Notes under the pieces: model-generated
The model's input: the letters and a program-made list of their open reading frames with translations, nothing else
The model's database searches: none
What the model was told of the DNA's origin: nothing
Assembly (NCBI GenBank): GCA_963922565.1
Contig: CAWUIQ010000007.1
Location: forward strand, 29,774-93,773
DNA from: an uncultured Rhodobacterales bacterium
GTDB taxonomy: Bacteria > Pseudomonadota > Alphaproteobacteria > Rhodobacterales > Rhodobacteraceae
Direction of reading: 5' to 3'
DNA: 64,000 nt
Program-made: the position numbers and the translations under genes
In this document: positions 9,512 through 21,891 of the stretch, piece by piece
Layout of the letters: each line of letters begins with the position of its first letter
Position numbering within the stretch: the stretch's first letter is position 1

Positions 9512-11040
9512 CGGGCGGCTTCGATCAACGCGATGATACTGACGCTGGCCAACGCGCCCAGCAGTGCCGACAGAATGATCCAGCGCCAGAAGGTCGGCCG
9601 TTTGACCGGTTTGGGATTGCTTTGGGCCACAAGTGCCTGTTCGACCAGACCCGGCAGCCGGGGGCCAAAGCGCGACAGCACCCGCGCTGTCTGCGTGAGG
9701 TCGCGGATGATGGCGCGGGGGCCGATGCTTTTCTGGATGTAGTCGGTCACGACGGGTGACGCGACTTTCCAGATGTTGATGTGGGGGTTCAGGCTGCGCG
9801 CGACGCCTTCGACCACAACCATGGTGCGCTGCAGAAGGATCAGCTCGGTCCGCGTTTCCATGCCAAAGCGCTCGGTCACCTCGAAGAGGTAATTCAGCAG
9901 CCTGCCCATCGAAATCTTCGAGGCATCCATGCCAAAGATTGGTTCGCCCACAGCCCGTAGCGCACGTGCAAATTCATCGACATCCTTGTCGGGCGGCACA
10001 TAACCAGCCTCGAAATGAACCTCGGCCACGCGTTTGTAGTCTTTGCGGATGAAACCATAGAGGATCTCGGCATAGACGCGGCGAGTATATTCGTCGATGT
10101 GCCCCATGATACCGAAATCGTAGGCAATGATATCTCCGTTGCGCGCGACCTTGAGATTGCCCTGATGCATGTCGGCGTGGAAATAACCGTCGCGAAGGGC
10201 ATGCAGAAGAAAGAGTTTCAGTACCCGCTCGGACAACGCCACGCGGTTGTGCCCCGCTGCGTCAAGTGCTGCGTTGTCCCCCAGGTTGATCCCGTCGGCC
10301 CATTCGAGTGTCATGACGCGCCGCGCCGAGAATTCCCACCGGATCTTGGGGAGCGTGAACCCTTCATCCTTGTTCGTATTGGCCGCGAATTCGCCGGCGG
10401 CCGATGATTCAAGCCGCAGGTCGAGTTCGCCCTGAACAACTCCGTCGAAGTGTTCGATCACATCCATCGGGCGCAGACGGCGGGCCCCCGGTGCAAAAAT
10501 CTCGACAATACGAGCGGCCAGATAGAAGGCGTCGACATCGCGGCGAAAGGCGCGCTCGATTTTGGGTCTGAGCACTTTGACGGCAACATGCTCGTTCGAA
10601 CCCGCGAGCTTAGCCTTGTGCACCTGCGCGATGGAGGCCGCAGCCACGGGTTCGCTGAATTCGGAGAAGATCGCATCAGGCGAAACGCCGAGCTCGCGCT
10701 GTATCTCTGCCTTTGCTTCGGCAACCGAGAACGGTGGCAGTTTGTCCTGAAGGACCCGCAATTGCTGTGCCAGTTCATCTCCGACGACATCCGGACGGGT
10801 CGAGAGAACCTGACCAAACTTGATGTAGGCGGGCCCGAGTGCCGTAAGGGCCCGCGTCGCGGGTGGCATGTCCGGATCGCCCGGATAGCCCAGCCACGTG
10901 AACGGCTTTCCAAGAGCCTTGGCGACGAAGCGTAGCGCCGGGGGTGCCTCGAACGCGTCAAGAACGACATTCATGGCACCTGTGCGCTCAAGCGTTGCGC
11001 CGGTCCGGATCAGGCGAATGATGTTGTGTGGGCCACGCAT
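9508..11040 (-). CDS. ubiB: UbiB/ABC1-family ubiquinone biosynthesis kinase-like protein
   Basis: 510 aa. LGPAYIKFGQVLSTRPDVVG is a UbiB hallmark. There is a C-terminal TM segment, and it lies downstream of ubiE. Confidence 0.9.
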   Translation of the reverse strand: MRGPHNIIRLIRTGATLERTGAMNVVLDAFEAPPALRFVAKALGKPFTWLGYPGDPDMPPATRALTALGPAYIKFGQVLSTRPDVVGDELAQQLRVLQDKLPPFSVAEAKAEIQRELGVSPDAIFSEFSEPVAAASIAQVHKAKLAGSNEHVAVKVLRPKIERAFRRDVDAFYLAARIVEIFAPGARRLRPMDVIEHFDGVVQGELDLRLESSAAGEFAANTNKDEGFTLPKIRWEFSARRVMTLEWADGINLGDNAALDAAGHNRVALSERVLKLFLLHALRDGYFHADMHQGNLKVARNGDIIAYDFGIMGHIDEYTRRVYAEILYGFIRKDYKRVAEVHFEAGYVPPDKDVDEFARALRAVGEPIFGMDASKISMGRLLNYLFEVTERFGMETRTELILLQRTMVVVEGVARSLNPHINIWKVASPVVTDYIQKSIGPRAIIRDLTQTARVLSRFGPRLPGLVEQALVAQSNPKPVKRPTFWRWIILSALLGALASVSIIALIEAAR

Positions 11041-11187
11041 CTAAGTCGATTCCGGGTCAGGCGTTTCGGATCGCTGTCACGATCCGACCTGCTGGGGGGC
11101 GTTGCCCCCCAGACCCCCCAACGTATTTTGGCCGAGAAGAAGGGGGCTTTTGCATAATCTTGAGCCGTGCCGCGTATTTGTGGCCCA

Positions 11188-11940
11188 TCAGAGTTTCCAG
11201 CCTGAGTGCAGACACGCGACGCCCATCGACAGGTTGCGATACTTTGCGTTCTCAAACCCTGCGTCGCGAACCATGTTCAGGAACGTTTCCTGGTCCGGGA
11301 ACCTGCGAATGGATTCGACGAGGTACTGATAGCTGTCGCGGTCATTGGCGATCACCTGCCCCATGCGGGGTATGACATTGAAGCTGTATTGGTCGTAGAG
11401 CCACTGCAGCCCTTCATTCGGCAACTGGCTGAATTCCAGCACCATCAACCGACCGCCGGGCTTCAATACCCGATACGCCTCGGCCAGTGCATCCTGCGGG
11501 CGCGTGACGTTCCTGATCCCGAAGCTGATCGTATAGACATCGAACGTGTTGCTTTCGAACGGGAGGTTCATCGCGTCACCGACGACCCAGTCAAGGCTAT
11601 CAGCCAGATGAGCGGCTTCGGCGCGCTTGCGGCCCTCGATCAGCATTGGTTCCGTCAAATCAAGAACTGTCGCGTGACCCGTCTTGGCCCGCTTGAGAAA
11701 CCGAAACGCGATATCGCCGGTGCCACCCGCAACATCCAGAAGGCGCTGACCGGGGCGCGGGGCGAGCCAATCCATCATGGCGTCCTTCCAAAGCCGGTGG
11801 ATGCCGCCGCTCATCAGATCATTCATAAGATCGTAACGGTTTGCTACCGAGGTGAAGACACCTTGAACGCGCTCGGCTTTGCTCCCCTCCGGCACGGTTT
11901 CGAACCCGAAATGGGTGGTTCTGTCTTGTGGGTCGGTCAT
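11188..11940 (-). CDS. ubiE: demethylmenaquinone / 2-methoxy-6-polyprenyl-1,4-benzoquinol methyltransferase
   Basis: 250 aa with [35 protein letters not shown] and the SAM motif [10 protein letters not shown]. Confidence 0.9.
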   Translation of the reverse strand: MTDPQDRTTHFGFETVPEGSKAERVQGVFTSVANRYDLMNDLMSGGIHRLWKDAMMDWLAPRPGQRLLDVAGGTGDIAFRFLKRAKTGHATVLDLTEPMLIEGRKRAEAAHLADSLDWVVGDAMNLPFESNTFDVYTISFGIRNVTRPQDALAEAYRVLKPGGRLMVLEFSQLPNEGLQWLYDQYSFNVIPRMGQVIANDRDSYQYLVESIRRFPDQETFLNMVRDAGFENAKYRNLSMGVACLHSGWKL

Positions 11941-12023
11941 GGGAAGCGTCTTTCTCTCCGTCCGTCCTTGTTATAGGCGTGCAGGACGCCGACACAATGC
12001 AGCCCTTTTGACGCAGCCCGCAA

Positions 12024-12875
12024 ATGCCCGAACTTCCCGAAGTCGAAACCGTGCGCCGTGGTCTTGCCCCCGTATTGGAGGGGCAGGTGATCGAGCGGGC
12101 AGACGTAAATCGCCCCGATCTGCGTTGGCCCTTTCCCGACCGGATGGCCGAGCGATTGACTGGTGCAAAGGTGGAGCGTTTGCGTCGGCGTTCAAAGTAC
12201 ATTCTTGCCGATCTCGATCGGGGTGAGACCCTGCTGATCCATTTGGGCATGTCGGGCCGGATGCTTGTATCGGGCGACCCGCTGGGCGTTTTTGTCCATG
12301 ACCACCCGGCCCCTCAAAAACATGACCATGTCGTTTTGCAAATGGCGAATGGTGCGCGCATCACGTTCAATGATCCAAGGCGCTTCGGAGCCATGGACCT
12401 GATGCCAACGGATCGGCAGGCCGAGCACAAGTTGATCCGCATTCTGGGTCCGGAGCCATTGGGCAATGCATTCGATGAGACCTATCTGGTCAAAGCGCTT
12501 GCTGGAAAAAATACACCCGCCAAATCGGCCCTGCTGGATCAGAGAATCGTCGCGGGGTTGGGCAACATATATGTGTGCGAGGCGCTCTATCGTGCCGGGA
12601 TTTCGCCCAGACGGAAGGCAGGACGCATCGCGAAACAGCGTGTTGCCGAATTGGTGCCAATCATTCGCGACGTTCTCAGAGAGGCGATTGACGCGGGTGG
12701 ATCGTCGCTTCGGGATTTTCGACAAGCCGATGGCGAGCTTGGATATTTCCAACACAGGTTCGGCGTTTACGGGCGTGAAGGTCAAGCGTGCCGGACCCTC
12801 GGATGTACCAAAGTCGTGCGCCGAATAGTGCAGTCAGGCCGGTCGTCCTTCTATTGTCCGCATTGCCAAACATAG
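12024..12875 (+). CDS. mutM: formamidopyrimidine-DNA glycosylase
   Basis: 283 aa. The N-terminus is [14 protein letters not shown], and a C-terminal zinc finger is present (C...C...FYCPHCQ). Confidence 0.95.
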   Translation: MPELPEVETVRRGLAPVLEGQVIERADVNRPDLRWPFPDRMAERLTGAKVERLRRRSKYILADLDRGETLLIHLGMSGRMLVSGDPLGVFVHDHPAPQKHDHVVLQMANGARITFNDPRRFGAMDLMPTDRQAEHKLIRILGPEPLGNAFDETYLVKALAGKNTPAKSALLDQRIVAGLGNIYVCEALYRAGISPRRKAGRIAKQRVAELVPIIRDVLREAIDAGGSSLRDFRQADGELGYFQHRFGVYGREGQACRTLGCTKVVRRIVQSGRSSFYCPHCQT

Positions 12876-12939
12876 CTTGAAACGCAGGTTCGCCGTGGTA
12901 ATGGTCGGTCCTTGAACGGGAACAACCGAAGGCAAATCC

Positions 12940-13716
12940 ATGGCCTATGAGACGATTATCGTCGACGTGGAAGACCACATTGCGCGTATCACACTCAACC
13001 GACCTGACGCGCTGAATGCCCTAAACGACCAGCTACTGACCGAACTGGCCGCCGCCATGCAGGAGGCCCAGGACAACGACAAGGTACGTTGCATCATCCT
13101 TACCGGATCGGAAAAGGCATTTGCGGCGGGCGCAGACATCACGCTGATGCGCGACAAGACCTTTGTGGATGCATTTGCCGGCGATCTTTTCACACCTGAG
13201 ACAGAGCAGATCATGCGGGTTCGCAAGCCGATCATCGCGGCGGTTTCCGGTTATGCGCTGGGCGGCGGCTGCGAATTGGCCATGCTGTGCGATTTCATAA
13301 TCTGCTCGGATACTGCCAAATTCGGACAGCCTGAAATAAACCTTGGCGTCATGGCGGGTATCGGGGGCACCCAGCGGCTGACCCGTATCGTTGGTAAGGC
13401 AAAGGCCATGGACATGAACCTGACCGGTCGCTTCATGGCCGCCGAAGAGGCTGAGCGCGCAGGACTGGTCAGCCGGGTCGTGCCGGTCAAGAAGCTCCTC
13501 GAAGAGGCGACTGCAGCGGCCCAGAAGATCGCTGAGAAATCGATAATATCCGTCATGGCCGTGAAAGAGGCCGTCAATCGTTCGTACGAGGTACCGTTGC
13601 GCGAAGGCCTGTTATTTGAACGTCGCGTGTTCCATTCGCTGTTCGCGACAGAGGACCAGGCGGAGGGTATGTCAGCGTTCCTCGAGAAACGAGAAGCCCA
13701 GTTCCGGGACAAGTAG
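12940..13716 (+). CDS. enoyl-CoA hydratase (crotonase family)
   Basis: 258 aa with [12 protein letters not shown]...FAAGADI...[12 protein letters not shown]. Confidence 0.9.
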   Translation: MAYETIIVDVEDHIARITLNRPDALNALNDQLLTELAAAMQEAQDNDKVRCIILTGSEKAFAAGADITLMRDKTFVDAFAGDLFTPETEQIMRVRKPIIAAVSGYALGGGCELAMLCDFIICSDTAKFGQPEINLGVMAGIGGTQRLTRIVGKAKAMDMNLTGRFMAAEEAERAGLVSRVVPVKKLLEEATAAAQKIAEKSIISVMAVKEAVNRSYEVPLREGLLFERRVFHSLFATEDQAEGMSAFLEKREAQFRDK

Positions 13717-13771
13717 CGCCCGAATTCTCCACGAAAAATGAATGTCGGTTAAACCGCTTCTGAACGCGATG

Positions 13772-13786
13772 TTAAGCAGAGGTTAA
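13772..13786. promoter_or_regulatory. CtrA-type box TTAA-N7-TTAA (TTAAGCAGAGGTTAA)
   Basis: Perfect TTAA-N7-TTAA about 105 nt upstream of the ORF at 13890. A third TTAA lies at 13749-13752. This is a sequence match only. Confidence 0.3.
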
Positions 13787-13889
13787 ATCGGCTTTTTTCC
13801 GTTGAACGGGAGGTCCGGGTCATCAGGTTAGTGGGTATGCGAGGAGTTCCGCCCTTGCCCAATTATCCCACGAGCCGGAGGAGTGCCTG

Positions 13890-14462
13890 ATGAAGTATTT
13901 TGAATGCCTAAAGTCTGACGTCGACCCCAAGCCGTTCCTTGAAGAGATCGAGGGTGTCGAAGGCGCCTGGAACCTCGTGACTGGTCGACAAGACAAGGTT
14001 CAGGTCCAGCGCGAGGCTCTGGCGATACCCCTGCGCGGGCTGCGCAAGTCTGCGATCAACGGACGCGACCGGCGGGACGTACACGAAAGCCGTTGGACGA
14101 CCAGCAGCCGAAATTTTCCACTTGCGACAACCTTTCTTGAAACCGTCGCAGCCGAGCAAAGCGCCATTCTCGGTCGCGCCAAGATCGTCTGCCTGCCGGC
14201 GGGCAAACGTGTCTATCCGCATATCGATCGCGGCATGTATTACCGGGTGCGCAATCGCTATCACCTGGTTCTGAAATCGACAGATGGTTCGTGGCTTAAG
14301 GCTGCCGACGAAGAAGTGCGGATGAAGGAAGGCGAGTTGTGGTGGTTTGACAATGACCAAATGCACGAAGCTCTGAACGACGGCGAAGAAGACCGTATTC
14401 ATCTGATCTTTGACATGCTGCCGTCTGAACGCGCAGCCGCGGTGTTTGGCAAGGCTGCCTGA
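13890..14462 (+). CDS. aspartyl/asparaginyl beta-hydroxylase-like (cupin-fold dioxygenase) protein
   Basis: 190 aa. The pattern ...VYPHIDRG...NRYHLVL...WWFDN...H...RIHLIFD resembles the Asp/Asn beta-hydroxylase domain family. The call is from memory of the family. Confidence 0.65.
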   Translation: MKYFECLKSDVDPKPFLEEIEGVEGAWNLVTGRQDKVQVQREALAIPLRGLRKSAINGRDRRDVHESRWTTSSRNFPLATTFLETVAAEQSAILGRAKIVCLPAGKRVYPHIDRGMYYRVRNRYHLVLKSTDGSWLKAADEEVRMKEGELWWFDNDQMHEALNDGEEDRIHLIFDMLPSERAAAVFGKAA

Positions 14463-14515
14463 GCCTGCCGTCGGCCCGGGTCTGCCCTCCCTCAGGCTCG
14501 GGCCACCTTGACGTG

Positions 14516-14544
14516 TTGACAGCGCCCTGAGTCGCGTCTATCAG
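14516..14544 (+). promoter_or_regulatory. sigma-70-like promoter of rpsT (TTGACA-N17-TATCAG)
   Basis: A consensus -35 hexamer at 14516-14521 is followed by a 17-nt spacer and TATCAG at 14539-14544, about 50 nt upstream of rpsT. Confidence 0.4.
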
Positions 14545-14592
14545 CCAGCTCTTCAGAACTACCGCACCAACAATCTTTGGGACGAGATAATC

Positions 14593-14856
14593 ATGGCAAA
14601 TTCGCCTCAGGCCAAGAAGCGGGCCCGTCAGAACGAAAAACGCTTCGCTGTGAACAAGGCGCGACGTTCGCGCATCCGGACATATCTGCGCAAAGTCGAA
14701 GAGGCGATTGCTTCAGGTGACAAAGCTGCAGCTGAGAGCGCTTTGCGCTTTGCTCAGCCCGAGCTGATGCGCGGTGTGACCAAGGGTGTTTACCACAAGA
14801 ACACTGCATCGCGGAAAGTCTCACGGCTGTCTGCCCGGATTAAAGCACTGAGCTAA
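14593..14856 (+). CDS. rpsT: 30S ribosomal protein S20
   Basis: 87 aa, basic: [26 protein letters not shown]... Confidence 0.95.
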   Translation: MANSPQAKKRARQNEKRFAVNKARRSRIRTYLRKVEEAIASGDKAAAESALRFAQPELMRGVTKGVYHKNTASRKVSRLSARIKALS

Positions 14857-15360
14857 TTCAGGATTTCCCGTTACGCGGGTGGGGGCGTTGTCGGATGGCA
14901 GCGCCCTTTGCTGTGTTCGTGGTTCGAGTGTCACACTTCTGATAGATTCTTTTTGCCGAAATCCGAGTCAAGATTGAAGTTCTGTGGACGCGCTCGCGAC
15001 GAACTTGCTACCTACTGACTTGCGATTCACGATCGCCTTGGGGGGACAGGCCGGTTCAGAGCTCAACGCGGGAGCTGACTGGTAGCGGAGCGCAAAGCGC
15101 TTTGTCGAATGGTTAACGTATGCCGACGTAGCCATCCTGTCTATTACATAAGGTGCGCGGAAGGCACGTAGCATCCCGCTGGCTCGGCTCGAGCTCGACG
15201 GGATGGGGTGCCAATCTGTGAAAACCTGAACGAACTCAGTCTGTTTCCGCTCGGGAATGGAGCGGGAGCGTTTTGCCTCAAGACCAACGGGAAGAGCGGC
15301 ATAATTCGACGGGCCGAAGATCGTCGGAGCTTTGATGGCAGAAGGGATGGCAGAGCGCGC

Positions 15361-16722
15361 ATGACACAAGAAAAATGGGGACAGCTGAGACAACGGCTGC
15401 TCAAAACAGTTGGCCAGAACAATTACACAACATGGATCGAGCCGCTAAAATTCAGGGATTTGGAGGATGGGGTTGCCACGTTTGACGTGCCAACGAATTT
15501 CCTTGGGAACTATGTCAGCCAGAACTTTGCAGACCTCATACTGCACGAGTTGCGGAGCGAAGACGGTTCTATTCGTCGCCTGAATTTTGCCGTCGTGGCG
15601 AATTCTCAAAAGGTGCCGTCCGCGGCACGTTCGACCCAGACTGCCGAGAGCCCTGCGCTCTCGTCCAACCCGACAATCGAAGGTACTGCGGCCCCACTCG
15701 ATCGCAGATTCACATTCGAAAGTTTCGTGGTCGGCAAACCCAACGAACTGGCCCATGCCGCAGCGAAGCGCGTCGCTGAAGGTGGTCCGGTGACCTTCAA
15801 CCCTTTGTTTCTGTACGGGGGCGTAGGTCTGGGTAAGACCCATCTCATGCATGCCATCGCCTGGGAATTGCAGACTGATCGGCCCGATCTGAACGTCCTC
15901 TATCTATCCGCCGAGCAATTCATGTACCGGTTTGTACAGGCATTGCGCGACCGCAAGATGATGGATTTCAAATCGATCTTCCGCAGCGTTGATGTGCTGA
16001 TGGTGGACGACGTTCAGTTCATTGCGGGGAAGGACAGCACGCAGGAGGAATTCTTTCATACGTTCAACGCCCTCGTGGATCAGAACAAGCAGATCATCAT
16101 CTCGGCCGATCGCGCGCCGGGTGAGATCAAGGATCTCGAAGAGCGGGTCAAATCGCGTCTTCAGTGCGGCCTCGTGGTCGATCTGCACCCCACAGACTAC
16201 GAACTGCGCCTTGGCATTCTGCAAAGCAAGGTCGAGCAACAGCGCGAAAACTATCCGGATCTGACGGTCGCCGACGGTGTGCTTGAATTCCTTGCCCATC
16301 GCATCTCGACCAACGTGCGGGTTCTGGAAGGCGCTCTTACCCGGCTTTTCGCCTTCGCATCGCTTGTTGGCCGCGAGATCGATATGGAACTGACTCAGGA
16401 TTGCCTCGCCGATGTGCTGCGCGCGTCCGAGCGCAAGATCACGGTCGAAGAGATCCAGCGAAAGGTCAGCGAACATTACAACATCCGCCTGAGCGATATG
16501 ATTGGTCCAAAGCGGCTGCGCAGCTATGCCCGCCCGCGGCAAGTGGCGATGTATCTCTGCAAGCATATGACCAGCCGCTCGCTGCCAGAAATCGGTCGTC
16601 GTTTTGGCGGGCGCGACCACACTACGGTCATGCATGGGGTGCGCCGGATCGACGAATTGAAGCAGCAGGATGGCCAGATCGCCGAGGATCTGGAATTGCT
16701 GCGCAGAGCACTCGAAGCATAG
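15361..16722 (+). CDS. dnaA: chromosomal replication initiator protein DnaA
   Basis: Track ORF trimmed to the ATG at 15361 (MTQEKWGQLRQRLL...). Walker A GGVGLGKTHL and the C-terminal DNA-binding helix RQVAMYLCKHMT...GGRDHTTVMH are present. Confidence 0.95.
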   Translation: MTQEKWGQLRQRLLKTVGQNNYTTWIEPLKFRDLEDGVATFDVPTNFLGNYVSQNFADLILHELRSEDGSIRRLNFAVVANSQKVPSAARSTQTAESPALSSNPTIEGTAAPLDRRFTFESFVVGKPNELAHAAAKRVAEGGPVTFNPLFLYGGVGLGKTHLMHAIAWELQTDRPDLNVLYLSAEQFMYRFVQALRDRKMMDFKSIFRSVDVLMVDDVQFIAGKDSTQEEFFHTFNALVDQNKQIIISADRAPGEIKDLEERVKSRLQCGLVVDLHPTDYELRLGILQSKVEQQRENYPDLTVADGVLEFLAHRISTNVRVLEGALTRLFAFASLVGREIDMELTQDCLADVLRASERKITVEEIQRKVSEHYNIRLSDMIGPKRLRSYARPRQVAMYLCKHMTSRSLPEIGRRFGGRDHTTVMHGVRRIDELKQQDGQIAEDLELLRRALEA

Positions 16723-16729
16723 CGATTGA

Positions 16730-16750
16730 GCCCGGCGGATGCCGCCGGGC
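16730..16750 (+). terminator. hairpin after dnaA (GCCCGGCGG-ATG-CCGCCGGGC)
   Basis: Perfect 9-bp GC stem 8 nt after the dnaA stop, followed by ACCTATTTGT (weak T tract). A second hairpin, AGCCCTG-N5-CAGGGCT, lies at 16787-16805. Confidence 0.4.
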
Positions 16751-16881
16751 ACCTATTTGTGACCCCGTTGCAGCAGGTCACGCGTCAGCCCTGCCTGACA
16801 GGGCTTCATTTCCAAAAAACAGCTTGTGATATACGAGGGTTGGGCTAACTTGCCGCTCCCGGCGCAACGAAGGGGGCTGTC

Positions 16882-18000
16882 ATGAAAATCTCGGTTGAAC
16901 GTGGCGTTTTGCTTAAGGCTGTGGCGCAGGCCCAGTCTGTTGTTGAGCGGCGCAACACCATCCCCATTCTTGCCAATGTGCTGATCGAGGCCGAGGGGTC
17001 TGACGTCACCTTTCGGGCGACCGATCTGGATATCGAGGTGGTGGACCGTGCGCCAGCGCAGGTTGAAAAGGCCGGTTCGACAACCGTGGCTGCCACCACC
17101 CTTCACGAGATCGTCCGGAAACTGCCTGATGGTGCCTTGGTTACTTTGACAGCTGACAATGCTGCGGGCCGTTTGACCGTCGAGGCCGGACGCTCGAATT
17201 TCTCGCTCGCGACCCTGCCCAAGGAAGATTTTCCCGTCATGGCATCGTCGGAATACGCGACGAACTTCGGGGCCGATGCACCGACCCTGCGCCGCCTGTT
17301 CGACAAGTCGAAGTTCGCGATATCGACCGAGGAGACGCGCTATTATCTGAACGGCGTCTATATGCACGTTGCCGACGGCGATGACGGCAAGGTGCTGCGT
17401 TGTGTGGCAACAGATGGTCACCGCCTTGCACGGATCGACGCGCCCTTGCCCGACGGAGCAGCGGACATGCCGGGGATTATCGTACCGCGTAAGACCGTCG
17501 GCGAGTTGCGCAAGTTACTCGATGATGACGACGCCCAGATCGCTGTTTCTGTGAGCGAGACCAAGGTCAGGTTTGCGACCAAAGACATCACGCTCACGTC
17601 CAAGGTGATCGACGGGACCTTCCCCGACTATACCCGTGTGATTCCTGCCGGGAACACACGCAAGCTCGAAGTGGATGCCAGCGACTTTGCGCAAGCCGTC
17701 GATCGGGTTGCAACCGTGTCGTCCGAACGGTCCCGCGCGGTCAAAATGCAGCTTGATGAAGACCGGCTTGTCCTGTCTGTCAACGCGCCAGACAGCGGTG
17801 CCGCCGAAGAAGAGCTGGCGGTCGCCTATGGTGATGAGAGGCTCGAAATCGGGTTCAACGCAAAGTATCTGCTTGAAATCGCCAGCCAGGTGGATCGTGA
17901 GAATGCGGTTTTCCTTTTTAACTCATCGGGTGATCCGACATTGATGCGCGAAGGCAACGATCAGAGCGCGGTTTATGTCGTGATGCCAATGCGGGTGTAG
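16882..18000 (+). CDS. dnaN: DNA polymerase III beta sliding clamp
   Basis: 372 aa starting MKISVERGVLLKAV...RRNTIPILANVLIEA, in the dnaA-dnaN-recF order. Confidence 0.95.
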   Translation: MKISVERGVLLKAVAQAQSVVERRNTIPILANVLIEAEGSDVTFRATDLDIEVVDRAPAQVEKAGSTTVAATTLHEIVRKLPDGALVTLTADNAAGRLTVEAGRSNFSLATLPKEDFPVMASSEYATNFGADAPTLRRLFDKSKFAISTEETRYYLNGVYMHVADGDDGKVLRCVATDGHRLARIDAPLPDGAADMPGIIVPRKTVGELRKLLDDDDAQIAVSVSETKVRFATKDITLTSKVIDGTFPDYTRVIPAGNTRKLEVDASDFAQAVDRVATVSSERSRAVKMQLDEDRLVLSVNAPDSGAAEEELAVAYGDERLEIGFNAKYLLEIASQVDRENAVFLFNSSGDPTLMREGNDQSAVYVVMPMRV

Positions 18001-18058
18001 TTCGCGCCGAGGGTGTGATGCCTCCGGCGAGCAAACCTCTGGCCATAAGAGGCTGGGC

Positions 18059-19162
18059 GTGGCGCTTTACCTTTCAAACCTGACACTCTCGCATTTCCGA
18101 TCGCACAAAGTGGCGCGTCTCGAGATGGATGCGCGCCCCGTGGCGATCTTTGGTCCAAACGGGGCGGGCAAGACGAATGTCCTCGAGGCTGTATCACTGT
18201 TTTCGCCGGGCCGCGGATTGCGCCGGGCGAGCGCAGAGGACATGACCCGCCGGCCCGAAGCCTTGGGCTGGAAAGTGTCGGGACACCTGAATTCTCTCGG
18301 TCGACTGCATGAGGTTGAAATCTGGTCAGAGGGTGGCGCTGCGCGTCAGGTCCGCATCGACGGCAAGCCCGCGCCGCAGACAGCCCTGGGACGGATCGCA
18401 CGGGTGCTGTGGCTGATCCCGGCCATGGACCGTCTCTGGATCGAAGGCGCGGAAGGGCGCCGTCGATTTCTTGACCGGATGACGCTCAGTTTTGAGCCTG
18501 CGCATGCCGAACAGTCGATGACCTATGAAAAGGCCATGCGCGAGCGGAACAGGCTGTTGAAGGACCAGGTCCACGATCCGGTATGGTACCGCGCGGTAGA
18601 GGCCCAGATGGCGACAGCGGGCGCGCAGATCCATGCGAACAGGGTTCTGGCGCTAGGCCGGCTGGCAGCAGCCCAGGACGCGGCCGAAACAGCGTTCCCG
18701 GCAGCCGACTTGAAGCTTACCCACGCGGATGGATCGCTTGGTTGGGCGGAACCCGAACTGGCTGATGCTTTGGCGGAAAGCAGATCGCGCGACCTTGCGG
18801 CGGGGCGGACGCTCGTCGGCCCGCATCGCGCGGATCTAGAGGGAACGTTCATAGCCAAGGGGATCTCGGCGCGCGATTGTTCGACGGGCGAGCAGAAAGC
18901 ATTGCTGATTTCGCTGATCCTGTCCAACGCCCGCGCCCTCGCGCAGGATTTCGGTGCGCCGCCTTTTTTACTTCTTGATGAGGTTGCGGCCCATCTGGAT
19001 GCCGATCGCCGGGCAGCGCTTTACGACGAGATTTGCGCGCTTGGCGCGCAGGCTTGGATGACCGGAACGGGGCCGGAATTGTTCGATGTTCTGGGTGATC
19101 GGGCGCAGTATCTGCTGGTTCAAGAAAACGATGGCGTATCAAGTGTGATCACTACACCTTAA
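18059..19162 (+). CDS. recF: DNA replication/repair protein RecF
   Basis: 367 aa with a GTG start. Walker A GPNGAGKTN and the signature motif STGEQKALLISL are present. Confidence 0.95.
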   Translation: MALYLSNLTLSHFRSHKVARLEMDARPVAIFGPNGAGKTNVLEAVSLFSPGRGLRRASAEDMTRRPEALGWKVSGHLNSLGRLHEVEIWSEGGAARQVRIDGKPAPQTALGRIARVLWLIPAMDRLWIEGAEGRRRFLDRMTLSFEPAHAEQSMTYEKAMRERNRLLKDQVHDPVWYRAVEAQMATAGAQIHANRVLALGRLAAAQDAAETAFPAADLKLTHADGSLGWAEPELADALAESRSRDLAAGRTLVGPHRADLEGTFIAKGISARDCSTGEQKALLISLILSNARALAQDFGAPPFLLLDEVAAHLDADRRAALYDEICALGAQAWMTGTGPELFDVLGDRAQYLLVQENDGVSSVITTP

Positions 19163-19184
19163 CCCTATGAAATTCCTTCACTAA

Positions 19185-21671
<2,487 letters not shown>

Positions 21672-21891
21672 GGGTTGTTGGTTCCCCGTTCGTTGTCCGT
21701 GGTGTCCAAGGCGTGCCCTCTGCACTTCCCCGACAAATCCAGGATGCCATGACAGGACACGAACCTATTCGGGATTGCCGAAACGACACTCAGGTTGGCG
21801 CTGTTGCCGGGCAGTCACTCAGGCCGTTATCCTCGATCCATGCGTAGAGTAGAGATAATGAAACCGGCTTGCGCGCATATGCATTCGGCCC

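Noticed and set aside
11085-11110. GC-rich hairpins between ubiE and ubiB considered as REP-like repeats: CTGGGGGGC-GTT-GCCCCCCAG, and CGGATCG-N6-CGATCCG nearby.
   Set aside because: I saw no further copies in the window. They are most simply intra-operon or terminator-like hairpins.
14857-15360. Possible oriC / DnaA-box cluster in the 504-bp rpsT-dnaA spacer.
   Set aside because: - Only degenerate matches are present (TGTGGACGC near 14983 and TGTGAAAAC near 15217, each about 6/9 to TGTGGATAA).
- There is only a modestly AT-rich patch, and no repeated boxes.
- I cannot support an origin call. A Z-curve/GC-skew analysis plus a DnaA-box PWM scan of the whole replicon would decide.
15904-16752. 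Long ORFs antisense to well-supported genes. Examples: 15904..16752 opposite dnaA, 20274..20924 opposite gyrB, 26493..27206 and 27660..28610 opposite mgtE/rimB, 35004..35960 opposite the OM barrel gene, 49605..50603 opposite tartrate dehydrogenase, and 51064..51792 and 51907..52935 opposite the S8 gene.
   Set aside because: - High-GC genomes generate long stop-free antisense frames.
- Their translations are Arg/Pro/Gly-rich low-complexity sequence with no recognisable motifs.
- The opposite-strand genes carry clear family signatures.
21875-21882. GCATATGC palindrome upstream of the ZntB-like gene, resembling TTGCATATGCAA at 50611-50622 (a possible common regulator site).
   Set aside because: The shared core is only 8-9 bp. 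A specific 8-mer is expected about twice by chance in 64 kb counting both strands, and the flanks differ.
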